The notes under the pieces are model-generated. The model had not been told where the DNA came from. It was given only the letters and a program-made list of their open reading frames with translations, and made no database searches. Shown piece by piece: positions 18,737-29,316 of a stretch of DNA of 64,000 nt. How positions within the stretch are numbered: the first letter of the stretch is position 1; the number at the start of each line of letters is the position of its first letter. The translations under genes and the position numbers were made by a program. Location: positions 4,064,001-4,128,000 of the forward strand of contig OY759599.1 of NCBI GenBank assembly GCA_963662465.1, in the 5' to 3' direction. Source of the DNA: Desulfatiglandales bacterium. Its GTDB lineage: Bacteria > Desulfobacterota > DSM-4660 > Desulfatiglandales > Desulfatiglandaceae.

Positions 18737-19342
18737 TCACGAAATATTCCCGGACAGCATTTCAGGTTGAACTTTTTTCAAAAATGCCACACAGAAAGCG
18801 GTGATGATCCCTTCGATGATCATCACGGGAAGGTGCGCCGTCACCACCAGATAGGAGACTTTTAAAAAATTTTCCTCGGTGAAGGTCAGGGCCAAACCCA
18901 CCATGACGGCGCCCAAAAAGACGGAAAGCGATCCGCACAAAAAAGCCGCCGGCAAGGCAATGCGAGGCCCCTTTCCCACGAGCTTACCGAATAGATAATA
19001 ACATAAAACGGCGGGCAGGGCCATGATCAGGGTGTTGACCCCGAGGGTCGTGATACCGCCGAACTGAAAAAAAACGGCCTGGAGCGCCAACGCCACAAGG
19101 ATGACGGGAAAAGCCCCCCAGCCGAGAATAAGGCCCACAATCCCGTTCAGAATCAGATGAACACTGGAGGGACCGATGGGAACGTGAATCAGGGAGGCTA
19201 CAAAAAATGATGCGGAAAGAATCGCGGCACGCGGGATGCGGTCGTAATTCAGTTTCTTAAGCCCTATGGCAGTGCCGGCAGCGGCCAGCACAATGCCCGA
19301 AATAATCACCGGCCCGGACAGGACGCCTTCGGAAATATGCAT
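18737..19342 (-). CDS. cbiM: ECF S component CbiM/NikM (copy 1)
   Basis: N-terminal MHISEG; FVASLIHVP; GGITTLGVN. Confidence 0.95.
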   Translation of the reverse strand: MHISEGVLSGPVIISGIVLAAAGTAIGLKKLNYDRIPRAAILSASFFVASLIHVPIGPSSVHLILNGIVGLILGWGAFPVILVALALQAVFFQFGGITTLGVNTLIMALPAVLCYYLFGKLVGKGPRIALPAAFLCGSLSVFLGAVMVGLALTFTEENFLKVSYLVVTAHLPVMIIEGIITAFCVAFLKKVQPEMLSGNIS

Positions 19343-19397
19343 GATATGCCTTTCATAATTAGAGAGAAGCAAAGCTGTTTGATCAAAACCAAGACCG

Positions 19398-19620
19398 TTA
19401 TGCTATTTTTCTTTCCAATCAAGGAATTTTACCCAGAGGACCGCTCCCAGTTCCACGATTCCCTGAAAAACGTTTCCGGCATAGAGACCGAACGGCTTTG
19501 ACAGGGGAACGATCTCGGTTTTGAGTCCGATTTCCCGGTCCCAGCCTTCATCATCCCCAAAAGCCGCGACAACGGTTTTCGTATAGTGAACGATGAAACA
19601 GTCTTCCGCCGGTTCCCATT
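19398..19620 (-). pseudogene. Collapsed remnant of DUF4198 gene
   Basis: Two joined segments matching about 36135-36194 and 36417-36578; the porin gene is missing in this copy. Confidence 0.8.
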
Positions 19621-19720
19621 ATGATCATTTGCGGCCGCTCTCGAAGCGACCGTTTTGTTTTGAACCGATCCGATCGGTTCGTCTCTCAGTTCGCATGCGC
19701 ATGCCTTGCTGAAAACAGCC

Positions 19721-19870
19721 AAAAAAAAGCCAAAAAGACAGTTTCGGGTACACCCCCGATCCAGCCTTCTTGGCTTTTTTGGTTTTTGCTTCAGATTTAT
19801 TTCAGATGTGCAATTTCGTATTGCACGTGCTATCGAGTGCTGAATAAACTCTTATTGCCGGGTTGTCAAG
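19721..19870 (-). promoter_or_regulatory. Promoter and structured leader of cbi operon copy 1
   Basis: TTGACA-17-TATTCA, GTGCAAT-ACGAA-ATTGCAC hairpin, then terminator-like hairpin with U-tract. Confidence 0.6.
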
Positions 19871-20033
19871 ATATTTTCCTAGGGAAGGAATGCACCACCA
19901 CCCAAGATGATTTTCGTTAAACCTCTGGCAGAGAATTTAGTACACTTTTGTGTTCAGATCAACTGAAAGGGAAGGTGGAATGATGCGCAATCAAAAGGAT
20001 GCGTGCTTCAGCACCGGCGCTTTGATCTTTTGC

Positions 20034-20200
20034 TTGACAGAAAAACCGGTACTTGTTATAGGACCCGAATTCCTACGGCGCAAAACGAAATTGCGCGCAT
20101 GATTCAAAGCGTAAAGACTGACACAATTTAGGTTTTAACAAAACAGGCCAAGAAGGCAATGTCGGATTGAAGTCCGGTGGTGTCTTCCCGGCCTTTTTTT
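20034..20200 (+). promoter_or_regulatory. Promoter and structured leader of the UGA-containing receptor
   Basis: TTGACA-17-TATAGG, GCGCAA-AACGAAA-TTGCGC, then GGCCAAGAAGGC...GGCC-T7 terminator. Confidence 0.6.
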
Positions 20201-20471
20201 ATGTGCTATGGAAAAGGGAGGGGGTGATTGAAAAGAGTGAGACCATAATCGAAATCAGACATTAAGGATGGGAAGACAGCCAAGGTTCCCGCAAGGATAT
20301 ATGGCTGCCTTCCCGGTGGAAGCCCCTCGGATGGAGAGACGCCCGAATATTCTTTTACCATAAGCGTATTTTCCCCGTCAATTTCCTTCTGCTTCCAATC
20401 CGAGGATAAACAACCTTGAGCCGCTCTAATGCGTCCAAAACGCTACGGCGGAAACAACGAAGGAAACAATA

Positions 20472-22583
20472 ATGAAAAAGTATTCAAAATGGGGTCATGG
20501 GACCTTTATGTTCCTGGGTCTCTGGGTCGTGATGGTTTTTCTGCTGGGGGCGTCGGTTTGCCCGAGTGATGCGGAAGAGCCGGAAGACAAGAAGGCAATC
20601 GCCCAAACGGGAGAAAAAAAGGCAGGCGCCGGAAAGGCCGTGCAACTGGAAGATGTGACGGTGATGGCGGCGCAACCGGGCGTTGAAATTACGCCGGATA
20701 AAACCGTCATTCGAATGGATGAGTTCGTTAAACCGGGAGATGTGCGAACCCTTACGGACGTGTTGAAAACCATGGGGGGCATCGACGTTATGCGCGTTAA
20801 TCCCATGATGGCCAGTCCGGGAGATGAAGTGTCCATTCGCGGCATGAACGAAGGCCGTCTGGTGGTGGAAATCGACGGCAGGAGAATCAACCACAGCGGC
20901 TACTATGGAAGGTATATCGTGGACTGGTCAACGCTGAACATGGACGATGTCGAAAAAGTTGAAATCATCCGGGGTGGTCATTCGGTGCTGCATCCCTTTG
21001 CCATCGGCGGCGTGATCAACATCATCACCAAAAAGGGCAAAAAAACCGATGATCCCAAGCCCAATGTGCGCGCCAAGGCGGGTGTGGGGGCCTTCACCAC
21101 CACCACGGAATCCCTTTCCATTGACGGCGGGGCATTCAATGTGGTGGGCTATGATTTTTCAGTGAACAATGGTTCCACCAACGGTTACTTGCGGAACAAC
21201 TACCAGGACAGCACCACGCTCAATGGACATTTAAGTTTCTTTATGCCCATGGACGCAGTGCTGGAACTGGGGGTCAAGCATGCGGATGTAAATTACGGAT
21301 TTCCAGTGGTAAACGACCCCTCCCGGGCCGATTACGATGCCGGCTCTCCCAACTTTTATGCCAATGCCGACCAGCTCAGGCATCTGAACTGGCCCCAGTA
21401 TGCGGAAAATGATCCCAGTTGGAAAAAACATACCACCTACCTCGACGGCATATTCCGCATGCCCGCGGGGCCCGGGACCATCAATATTCACGGATACCTC
21501 ACCAATGGCAGGCGCTGGACCAGCCTCTACAATAAAATGGGTGTTCTTGAACCCGATGTGTTCATGGATGACCGCACCGAGGGGGTTATCGCGGAGTACC
21601 GGGATATCGATTTATTCGGATTCAACAAGGTGACCGTGGGGTATGAATATCAACTCCTGGGCGCCCCCAGTGAAATTTCGGACCTGTTCCGGGTTAGCTC
21701 CGGGTACATCCAGGACGTGATCACCATAGGGGATCAATGGCGCCTCACACCGGGGGTTCGTTATTACCATGTGGATATGAACACTTACTACTCCCAGTTC
21801 GGCAAAGGATGGCCCGTAGCCGGCAATACGGAGACGGATGAGGGGTTTTATCCCAGCCTGAGGGCCGACTTTCAAGCCACCGATGAAACCGCCCTTTATG
21901 CGGCGGTGAGCCGGTCCTATCGGCTGCCGTGTCCTTGAGACTACTACTGGTGGGCGCGGTGCGCGTCCGAGGAGAATCCCACGTTAAAACCGGAATCGGC
22001 CTGGGAATACGAGTTGGGCCTGATTCAGGATATGGATCCCATTAATTTGAGAGCCGCCATATACTACTATGACATCAAAAACTTCATCAACGACAACGGC
22101 ATTACGTCTCCCGGAACGGGCATCGGGAGCAACTGCCTTTACAACATTCCCCACTTCAAACTCTGGGGCGGTGAAATCGAGACGAGCCTTCGCTTGGGCC
22201 GGTTCCAGGGGACCCTTTCCTACAACTATCAAAACTACAATGCGGACAATACCGGATTTGAGGCGGACTGGTCCTATTATCTTCCCGCGCTTCTGCCCCA
22301 GAACAAAGTCAAGTTTCTGGGCAATTACGAGGTCTGGAAAGGCGGGATGGTTCAGTTGAGCAGCATCTTCGTGGATGAACGAAAGACCCAGCAGCCGGGG
22401 GTGGACGATCTGGACAGCTACATCACCTTTGATGCGGGGTTTCAGCAGTCATTTCATTTCGCCGGCGTTAACTGGCGGGCCGAGACCTACTGTAACAACT
22501 TTACGGGGGCCAATTACCAGGAACAGGCGGGATACCGCATGCCCAAATATGTTTGGGGGTTTCTGTTGAGCGCCCGATTTTAA
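20472..22583 (+). CDS. TonB-dependent receptor with in-frame UGA (C-P-U), putative selenoprotein, 703 aa
   Basis: Signal peptide, plug, VEIIRG...IGGVINIITK. Frame stays open after TGA 21936-21938 (DYYWW...NPTLKPE) to a C-terminal Phe. Confidence 0.8.
21952..21968 (+). promoter_or_regulatory. SECIS-like hairpin
   Basis: GGGCGCG-GTG-CGCGTCC; stem starts 13 nt after the UGA and the loop starts with GU. Confidence 0.6.
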
Positions 22584-22609
22584 AATAGCCAAAAAAATGA
22601 GGTAAGATC

Positions 22610-23545
22610 ATGAAATATTACACCAATAAACGCATTTCAACCTGGTTTACAATTGCCTGTCTGGTCCTGGCGGCGGGATGGGTATTGCCATCCCCGGTCG
22701 CCGCCTGGGGAGGCCGGGGCCATCTGTACGTTATCGGCACCGGACCCGCGGGTCCTCAAACCGCCACGCTCCAGGCCCTTGATACCCTCAGAAGCATGGA
22801 TATCATTGTCGCCCCTCAAAAACATGTCAATCTGTTTGCGGAATATGTGGGCCAAAAACCCGTTCTGTTCGATCCGTGGACGGACATCTGGGACTACAAG
22901 GGAAAAAGCATGTGGAAGCTGGATGAAACGGAACTGGCGGCATTTAAGACGGAGCGCTTTAAAATCCGTGATGAGCGGGTGGCCAAAATTAAGGATGCAC
23001 TGGCCCGGGGGAAAGATGTGGGTCTCATGGACCACGGCAATCCCTGTTTATACGGTCCCAGCCACTGGTATGCGGAGCAGTTTGATCTTGATGATGTGAT
23101 TATCATTCCGGGGATGGGGTGCGACGCCGCGGCCATGGCGGCTCTTAAAAAAAGCACCATCCCCGCCCATGACAGCCATTTCGTCATTCAGACCGCTCCC
23201 TTTTCGCTGATGCGCTGGGGAGGGAAAGAACAGGCAATCCTCAAGGATATCGGCAAATACCCTTCGACCCTGATTTTCTATATGGCCCTTTGGGAGCCCG
23301 AAGCGTTGTTTACGGCGCTCAACTCAAGCTTTCCCCCGGATATGCCCTGCGCCGTGGTTTTCTGGGCCGGTTATCCGGAAAAGGAGCGGGTTCTTCGGGG
23401 AACCCTGGCGGATATGCCGGAAAAGCTTTCAAAAGACAAGGAAAAATTCATGGGATTGTTATTCGTGGGTCGGTTTCTTGAAGGCAACCCCTATGATGCC
23501 GCCATGAAACGGTCTCAGAAGGAATTGGGGAAAAACACGCCATAA
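22610..23545 (+). CDS. Tetrapyrrole-methylase-family (CobM/CbiF-like) protein with signal peptide
   Basis: LYVIGTGPAG, GNPCLYG, IPGMG motifs after a Sec-type leader ending PVAA. Confidence 0.85.
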   Translation: MKYYTNKRISTWFTIACLVLAAGWVLPSPVAAWGGRGHLYVIGTGPAGPQTATLQALDTLRSMDIIVAPQKHVNLFAEYVGQKPVLFDPWTDIWDYKGKSMWKLDETELAAFKTERFKIRDERVAKIKDALARGKDVGLMDHGNPCLYGPSHWYAEQFDLDDVIIIPGMGCDAAAMAALKKSTIPAHDSHFVIQTAPFSLMRWGGKEQAILKDIGKYPSTLIFYMALWEPEALFTALNSSFPPDMPCAVVFWAGYPEKERVLRGTLADMPEKLSKDKEKFMGLLFVGRFLEGNPYDAAMKRSQKELGKNTP

Positions 23546-23579
23546 GGAGGGCTTTACGAATATTTTCAGAAGGAATTGC

Positions 23580-23688
23580 GGAAAAAGGGGAATGGTTTGT
23601 TTCCGTGACCCATGAAATTCCCTATGACGATAAAAGCGAATGCGACACCCAAAAATATAATGCCACGTTCACCTTTGACGTGAAGTAG
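23580..23688 (+). pseudogene. C-terminal remnant of DUF4198-like gene
   Basis: GEWFVSVTHEIPYDDKSECDTQKYNATFTFDVK* parallels the end of 45632-46453. Confidence 0.65.
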
Positions 23689-23709
23689 GGGCGAAAAATC
23701 TTTCGCCCC
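23685..23709 (+). repeat. GTAG-type REP-like hairpin
   Basis: GTAGGGGCGAAAAATCTTTCGCCCC. Confidence 0.45.
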
Positions 23710-23727
23710 CGCCATGAGGATTTAAAA

Positions 23728-25218
23728 ATGCTGTTTCGAAAGTTGATTTTGACCTGCATTCTAGTTGCGACGCTCTTTTTGATTCCCTGTTCTTCCCATG
23801 CCCACACGTACAGGGTTCCGGTTCTGGTGGACACGGACATGGCCCTGGACGACATGCGGGCCATTATTATGCTGTTAAATTCCCACATGGTGGATATCCC
23901 CCTTGTTGTGGTATCCGACGGCATTTCATCCCCTGAAAAGGGGGTTGAAAATCTCAAGGCCCTGCTGTCGCGCTTTGATCGAAACGGCGTCCACATGGCC
24001 AGGGGCAAGCCATCGGACATGCCGCCGCCTCCCGTCCGGCCGCTGTCTGAAAACATACAGTGGCCCCATAAGGGGGCATCATTTTCCCGGTCCATTGCGG
24101 CAAAAGATGCGCCTGGCGCCATTATCGAAACATTGAATGGGTTGCCCGGCCGGGTTGTTTATCTCTGCCTGGGACCCATGACCAACCTGGCCGAGGCCAT
24201 TCGACAGGCCCCCGGAATTCAATCCAAAATTTCCCGCGTCATCTATTTCGGGGATCATCCGAAAAGCGCCGACCCCGGTTGGAACACGACCCGGGATGTT
24301 GACGCCGCTGCCGGGGTTTTTGCATCGGGCATGGATATCTATTGCATTCACCCGGCCAAAAAAGACCTTCGTCCCTTTGATCGCAACATGCTGGAAAAAA
24401 TGGATGCCATTGGGTCCCCGGCGGCCAGGTTGGTATCCACCATTCACAAAGGGATTACGGTTCAAAAAGCCATTGATCAAGGGCATCTCATGATATGGGA
24501 CGAAAATGCCGTGATTTATCTGGAAAGCCCTGAGCTATTCAAGATGGAGCCCGTCTCAGGAGATCCATACCTCATGCGGCTGAACGGCTTCGATGCCGAA
24601 GGCGTACTCCGGGCCTATGTCGAATGCCTGGGGCGCCCGGCGGACGCCCATCTGGATGCCCGTCATGCGGTTGTGCTGAAGATGTTCCCCCATGATCCGC
24701 TTATGTTCAAACCGGATGTTGCGCCCCATGTGGACCGGATTATCAAACGGTACGGCATTGAAGAGTGGAAGGCCGCGGTTCTCACCCACGAGTTGCACCG
24801 GCACCTGGGCATCTATTCCCTGATCGGCGCCAAAATGGGCGTCAGGGCCAGGGAAATTCTGGATGCCCCTTTCGACGCCCTGAAGGTGGTTTCCCATGCG
24901 GGAAACAAACCGCCCCTCAGTTGCATGAACGACGGGCTTCAGGTGTCCACCGGCGCCAGCCTGGGGCGGGGAACCATTCGGATTGATGGCGAAAATCCAA
25001 TGCCTTCGGCAACCTTTATCTACCGAAACGAGAGGCTTGAATTGACCCTGAAACCCCGGTGGCGGGAAAAAATAAAGGCCGATATCAAGGCGGCCATTCA
25101 ACAATTCGGTGGCTTGAACAAGTCCTATTTTGCCCATATTCGAAAACTATCCATTGCATACTGGCATGATTTTAATCGTGGGGAGATTTTTGATGAAAAG
25201 CTGGGCCTGGCCAAATAG
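23728..25218 (+). CDS. Exported nucleoside-hydrolase-like / FmdE fusion
   Basis: VDTDMALDD, LGPMTNLA, WN...D, IWD; C-terminal HRHLG...SCMNDGLQVSTGASLGRG. Confidence 0.8.
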   Translation: MLFRKLILTCILVATLFLIPCSSHAHTYRVPVLVDTDMALDDMRAIIMLLNSHMVDIPLVVVSDGISSPEKGVENLKALLSRFDRNGVHMARGKPSDMPPPPVRPLSENIQWPHKGASFSRSIAAKDAPGAIIETLNGLPGRVVYLCLGPMTNLAEAIRQAPGIQSKISRVIYFGDHPKSADPGWNTTRDVDAAAGVFASGMDIYCIHPAKKDLRPFDRNMLEKMDAIGSPAARLVSTIHKGITVQKAIDQGHLMIWDENAVIYLESPELFKMEPVSGDPYLMRLNGFDAEGVLRAYVECLGRPADAHLDARHAVVLKMFPHDPLMFKPDVAPHVDRIIKRYGIEEWKAAVLTHELHRHLGIYSLIGAKMGVRAREILDAPFDALKVVSHAGNKPPLSCMNDGLQVSTGASLGRGTIRIDGENPMPSATFIYRNERLELTLKPRWREKIKADIKAAIQQFGGLNKSYFAHIRKLSIAYWHDFNRGEIFDEKLGLAK

Positions 25219-25672
25219 TTTCGTCCTTTTTATTGCGCTTCTGCTGATTCCCTGCGGACTTTTTGCGCACGGGGTCAAGGGAGAGATTGCCGTAGGGACC
25301 GGCGCTATGATTGTCACGGCCCGGTACAGCAACGATGAAGCTATGAGCTATTCCGAAACGACCATCCGCCCACCTGCCGGGGAATTGGATTTTCAGACGG
25401 GCAGAACCGACCGAAACGGCCGGTTCTGCTTTTTCCCAGATGCGGACGGCGATTGGGAGGTGACCGTTAATGATGGAATGGGACACCGGCTGAGGATATT
25501 GGTTCCCGTCAGCAAGGATAGCCCCCTTGCATCAGACCCCGTGGCTGCCCCTTTAACCGGAAATTCATCCGCTTTGGTTGCAAGAGCCCTTTCAGGTCTG
25601 TGCATTATCTTTGGCATTTCCGGGTGCTTAATATGGTGGAGAACCCGGAAGATCCATCAAAAAACGCCATAG
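25193..25672 (+). CDS. NikL-like exported beta-sandwich protein with C-terminal TM
   Basis: AHGV, YS..EAMSY, GRTDRNGRF.F.P, DGMGH. Confidence 0.75.
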   Translation: MKSWAWPNSFVLFIALLLIPCGLFAHGVKGEIAVGTGAMIVTARYSNDEAMSYSETTIRPPAGELDFQTGRTDRNGRFCFFPDADGDWEVTVNDGMGHRLRILVPVSKDSPLASDPVAAPLTGNSSALVARALSGLCIIFGISGCLIWWRTRKIHQKTP

Positions 25673-25704
25673 GGAAGAAACGCTTCCAGTGGTAAGGAGC
25701 AACA

Positions 25705-26532
25705 TTGATGTCTCGTTTTTGTAGTTTTTTCGGGTTCTTATTCTTTTTTTGGGTCATACCTGCGTTTGTATTCTTCCCTTGCCAGGCCGGCTGTGAATCG
25801 GAGGTTCAACCCACGGCCCTGCAAGTCAAGCAGAATGCCGAAGCATCGGTAGAAATCCGTCGTCTGAGCCAGAAACGCGTTGATGCCTGGGCGGATAAAG
25901 AAGAAAAAATGCTCTTGGAAATTTCACGCCTTCAGAAAGATCTGGATGCGCTCAAGTGGAGAAGGAAAAAAACCGATACCTATCTCTCGGATCTGGAAAG
26001 TAAAATGGCGGCCTTAAATGAAGGAAGCCGTGCGGCAAAAGAGATTCAGGATGAATTGGAGCCTTTCCTGGAAAAGACCCTTCAGGACCTGGAAGCGTTT
26101 TCCGAAAATGAATTGCCGTCCCTGAGGGAACTTCAAAGCCCCGGTCTTCAATCGGCCAAGGAAATGCAGAATGATGCGGATGCCGATATGGTCCGGAAAA
26201 CCCGCGGCCTGCTGGAGCTTCTCATGCGGGCCGTGGAATACGGATATTTCGTGGAACCGGACCAGACCGATATCGTCATCGATGAAAAGATCATTCGCGT
26301 CAAACGCATCAGCGTGGGACGATTGGGGCTCTTTGCCCTGAGCGCCGACGGAGATCAAGCCTGGAAATGGCAGCCTGGGAAAGAGCAATATGAACCGATT
26401 CCCCATTTTGCCGGCGCCATCCGGGAAGCCATCCAGATCTGTGAACGAAGGCGTCTGGTGGAATTGGTGGAATTGCCCATGGGACCCCCTGTCAGCCCCC
26501 CTGTCAGCTCTGACAAGGAGGTGGAAAAGTGA
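25705..26532 (+). CDS. DUF3450/TtpB-like (copy 2)
   Basis: Close paralog of 10251-11078. Confidence 0.75.
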   Translation: MMSRFCSFFGFLFFFWVIPAFVFFPCQAGCESEVQPTALQVKQNAEASVEIRRLSQKRVDAWADKEEKMLLEISRLQKDLDALKWRRKKTDTYLSDLESKMAALNEGSRAAKEIQDELEPFLEKTLQDLEAFSENELPSLRELQSPGLQSAKEMQNDADADMVRKTRGLLELLMRAVEYGYFVEPDQTDIVIDEKIIRVKRISVGRLGLFALSADGDQAWKWQPGKEQYEPIPHFAGAIREAIQICERRRLVELVELPMGPPVSPPVSSDKEVEK

Positions 26533-27932
26533 GGGTTTTGCTCTGTCTGTTTTTTTTATGGTCCTTCCCGCCATTGCTTTTTGCCCAATCGTCCTCATTC
26601 AGCCGGGTGGCCCAAGAGGTAGAGACGGATTTGAAAAAGGCGCAGGCGGAAGAAACCCTCACCCTGGCCGATGTGGCCGAGAAACGCAAAGAACTCATGA
26701 CCCGGCGGGATCGCCTGATATCTGATATCAAAAGGGAAAGCGAAGCCCTTGCAGCTGACGAACTGCGGCTTTCGGAAATGCGGAAAAAGCGGCTGGAACT
26801 GATCCGTATGGTTCAGACCCACACGGGCCGCATGAAAGAGCTGGATGCGGCCATACGGGATTTTGCTCGTAATTTCTATAGTTTAGCTGAGCGTTCCGCC
26901 TATAGTGCTGAAACGCCCGACCGGTTGACGATTCTCAAGCATTTCCTGGATAAAAACAAAATTCTCGGGATTCAGGATATTCAAACCCTGGTGGCATTGG
27001 CTTTTAAGGATATGACGGCATCAGGGCAGATCATCCGGCGTGAAGGGGGAATGGTGGATCGTCGGGGAGAAACGGTCCAGGGGGCGATTATCCGCATGGG
27101 CAATCTTACCGCCATCTACCGGAGCGGGGGAGATGTGGGGTACCTCAGCCCGAGTCCCGCTTCAGGGAGGCTTTTGGTTTCCGCTCCCCCCGGATGGGGT
27201 GTTTGCCGGAATCTGAAACAGTATTTTGAAGGGGAAACCGATGACGTCTATATGGATATCTCGGGGGGCGCAGCCATCAAACAGATGGCGCGTAAAGCCA
27301 CCTTATGGGAGCAGATTCAGAGCGGCGGCGTGTTGGTATGGCCTATCCTGCTGGTGGGGTTGGTGGCCGTCATTCTGGTGCTTGAACGGCTTATCTTCCT
27401 GGGTCGGGTGCGGCACAACACCGACAAACTCATGACCCATGTGACGGAGCTGGTGGAAGCGGGCGATTACCGGGGCGCCATGAAGGAAACCGAGTCCCTG
27501 TCCGGCATGCCCACCAGCAATGTTTTAAAGGCCGGGCTTACCCAGCAGGGTCAGCCCCGGGACATCATTGAAAGCAGTCTGGCCGAGGCCATCCTCAAGG
27601 AAACCCCGCGTCTGGAACGATTTCTGCCCGCCCTCAAGGTGCTGGCGGCCATTGCGCCCCTTCTGGGGTTGCTCGGGACCGTGACCGGCATGATCAACAC
27701 CTTTCAGGTGATTACCGTTCATGGGACCGGCGACCCGCGCCTTATGGCCGGCGGGATCAGCGAAGCCCTCATCACCACCCAGCTGGGTCTGGCCGTGGCC
27801 ATTCCCATACTGGTGATCGCGGCCCTTTTGGGACGAAAAGTGAACCGCATTGCCTCGGATATGGAGGAAAAAGCCATGGCCCTGATCGCGGCCCTTTTAA
27901 GAGATCAGAGGGTTTCCCATGAACTGTCTTGA
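26529..27932 (+). CDS. TtpC-like long ExbB (copy 2)
   Basis: Nearly identical to 11075-12478. Confidence 0.9.
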   Translation: MRVLLCLFFLWSFPPLLFAQSSSFSRVAQEVETDLKKAQAEETLTLADVAEKRKELMTRRDRLISDIKRESEALAADELRLSEMRKKRLELIRMVQTHTGRMKELDAAIRDFARNFYSLAERSAYSAETPDRLTILKHFLDKNKILGIQDIQTLVALAFKDMTASGQIIRREGGMVDRRGETVQGAIIRMGNLTAIYRSGGDVGYLSPSPASGRLLVSAPPGWGVCRNLKQYFEGETDDVYMDISGGAAIKQMARKATLWEQIQSGGVLVWPILLVGLVAVILVLERLIFLGRVRHNTDKLMTHVTELVEAGDYRGAMKETESLSGMPTSNVLKAGLTQQGQPRDIIESSLAEAILKETPRLERFLPALKVLAAIAPLLGLLGTVTGMINTFQVITVHGTGDPRLMAGGISEALITTQLGLAVAIPILVIAALLGRKVNRIASDMEEKAMALIAALLRDQRVSHELS

Positions 27933-28078
27933 AACCATGTGGCGCTTTGTTCAAACGGGAGGCCCCATCATGATCCCATTGGTGCTGATTTCCATCTGGA
28001 TGTGGTATCTGAATTCAGGGGGATCTCATGATATTTTACCGGGCCGTGGACCAATGGCTGGAAAGGAATACGCCCATG
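27919..28078 (+). pseudogene. exbB: exbB copy 2 with about 450-bp internal deletion
   Basis: The junction at 28012/28013 joins sequence equivalent to 12558 and 13008. Confidence 0.85.
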
Positions 28079-28507
28079 TTTAGAATCGGCAGCAGTCTTG
28101 GCGGCAACCGGGGGCTGGACGGCAGTGAAGACGCCGAACTCAACATGGCGCCCCTCATCGATATGATTTTTATCCTTTTGATTTTTTTCCTGGTCACCGC
28201 CACCTTTGTGAAGGAATCCGGGGTGGAGATCCAAAGGCCCGAAGCCGCATCGGCCCAGGACAAACCGGAGGCCGGACTTTTCATCGGCATCACCGAACAG
28301 GGGGAAATCTTCATTGACAAAACGCGGGTGGATTTAAGGAGCGTTCGCGGCATGGTGGAACATTTTTTGTTGGAAACCCCTTCGGGAGGCGTGATCCTTG
28401 AAGCCGACCGTTCCAGTCTCACGGGACGCCTCGTGGCGGTCCTGGATCAATGCCGAATGGCGGGGGCCGAAAATATCGCCGTATCCACCCTCAGGAGCGA
28501 ACCGTGA
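28076..28507 (+). CDS. exbD: ExbD (copy 2)
   Basis: Protein identical to copy 1. Confidence 0.9.
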   Translation: MFRIGSSLGGNRGLDGSEDAELNMAPLIDMIFILLIFFLVTATFVKESGVEIQRPEAASAQDKPEAGLFIGITEQGEIFIDKTRVDLRSVRGMVEHFLLETPSGGVILEADRSSLTGRLVAVLDQCRMAGAENIAVSTLRSEP

Positions 28508-29316
28508 GAACAAGGCCGGCAATGGTTTTTTCCAGCCGGAAAAAGCACGGTTATGGCCTTTTGGCCTTCCTTCTGTCGCTTCTCATCAATGTTGCCCTTT
28601 TCGCCATTGCCCCCATGCTCCTGGAACAGACCGGCGTGACGGACTTTTTGCCCCATGCCCTTCTGAATTTGAAAATGCCCTTACGGTCGGAACAACCGGG
28701 ATCTGAGTCAGAGCAAGACATTGAGATGAGCGATGAAAATCCCCAACCGGAGCCCATGGAACCGGAATTGGAAATCGATTCACCGGACGTACCGGAGATG
28801 TTGCCCCCCGAACTTGAAATCCCCCCACTGACATCTCCCCAGGATTCTTTCGATGAGCCTACCCCTGAAATATCCCGGTTGGAAATTCCCCTCAAGACCG
28901 TGTCCATGAAATCCGTACCCGTGGCCTTGCCCGCGCCCTCTGCCGCCCCAGCATCCGCGCCACAACCGGCTGCGCGGTCAAACCCGCAACCCGTCAAGGA
29001 ACACAAAAAAAACGGCGGTTATTCCCTGGGCCAGGTGGATGCGGCGCCGAGGGCCATGAATCAGATGCTCCCTCGCTATCCGCGCCGCGCCAGACAACGA
29101 AACATCGAGGGATGGGTGAAAGTCCGTTTTCTGGTGGATAAAGAGGGGCGGGTTCGGAACTTGCGAATACTGAAAGAATCCCCGCCGGACGTTTTTCATG
29201 AAACCGTCATGGAAACGGCGCCCCGGTGGCGCTTTCGCCCGGCCAAAAAGGGCGGGAGACCCGTGAACGTCTGGGTGGAACAAACCATTAATTTCAGGAT
29301 GGACGACGCATGGTAA
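28504..29316 (+). CDS. tonB: TonB (copy 2)
   Basis: Paralog of copy 1 with a 6-aa shorter linker. Confidence 0.9.
   Translation: MRTRPAMVFSSRKKHGYGLLAFLLSLLINVALFAIAPMLLEQTGVTDFLPHALLNLKMPLRSEQPGSESEQDIEMSDENPQPEPMEPELEIDSPDVPEMLPPELEIPPLTSPQDSFDEPTPEISRLEIPLKTVSMKSVPVALPAPSAAPASAPQPAARSNPQPVKEHKKNGGYSLGQVDAAPRAMNQMLPRYPRRARQRNIEGWVKVRFLVDKEGRVRNLRILKESPPDVFHETVMETAPRWRFRPAKKGGRPVNVWVEQTINFRMDDAW

Noticed and set aside
6360..21938. Genome-wide UGA reassignment to Trp or Gly
   Set aside because: Many complete genes end in TGA (hicA, exbD, TPR, vapC) and TGG is used normally.
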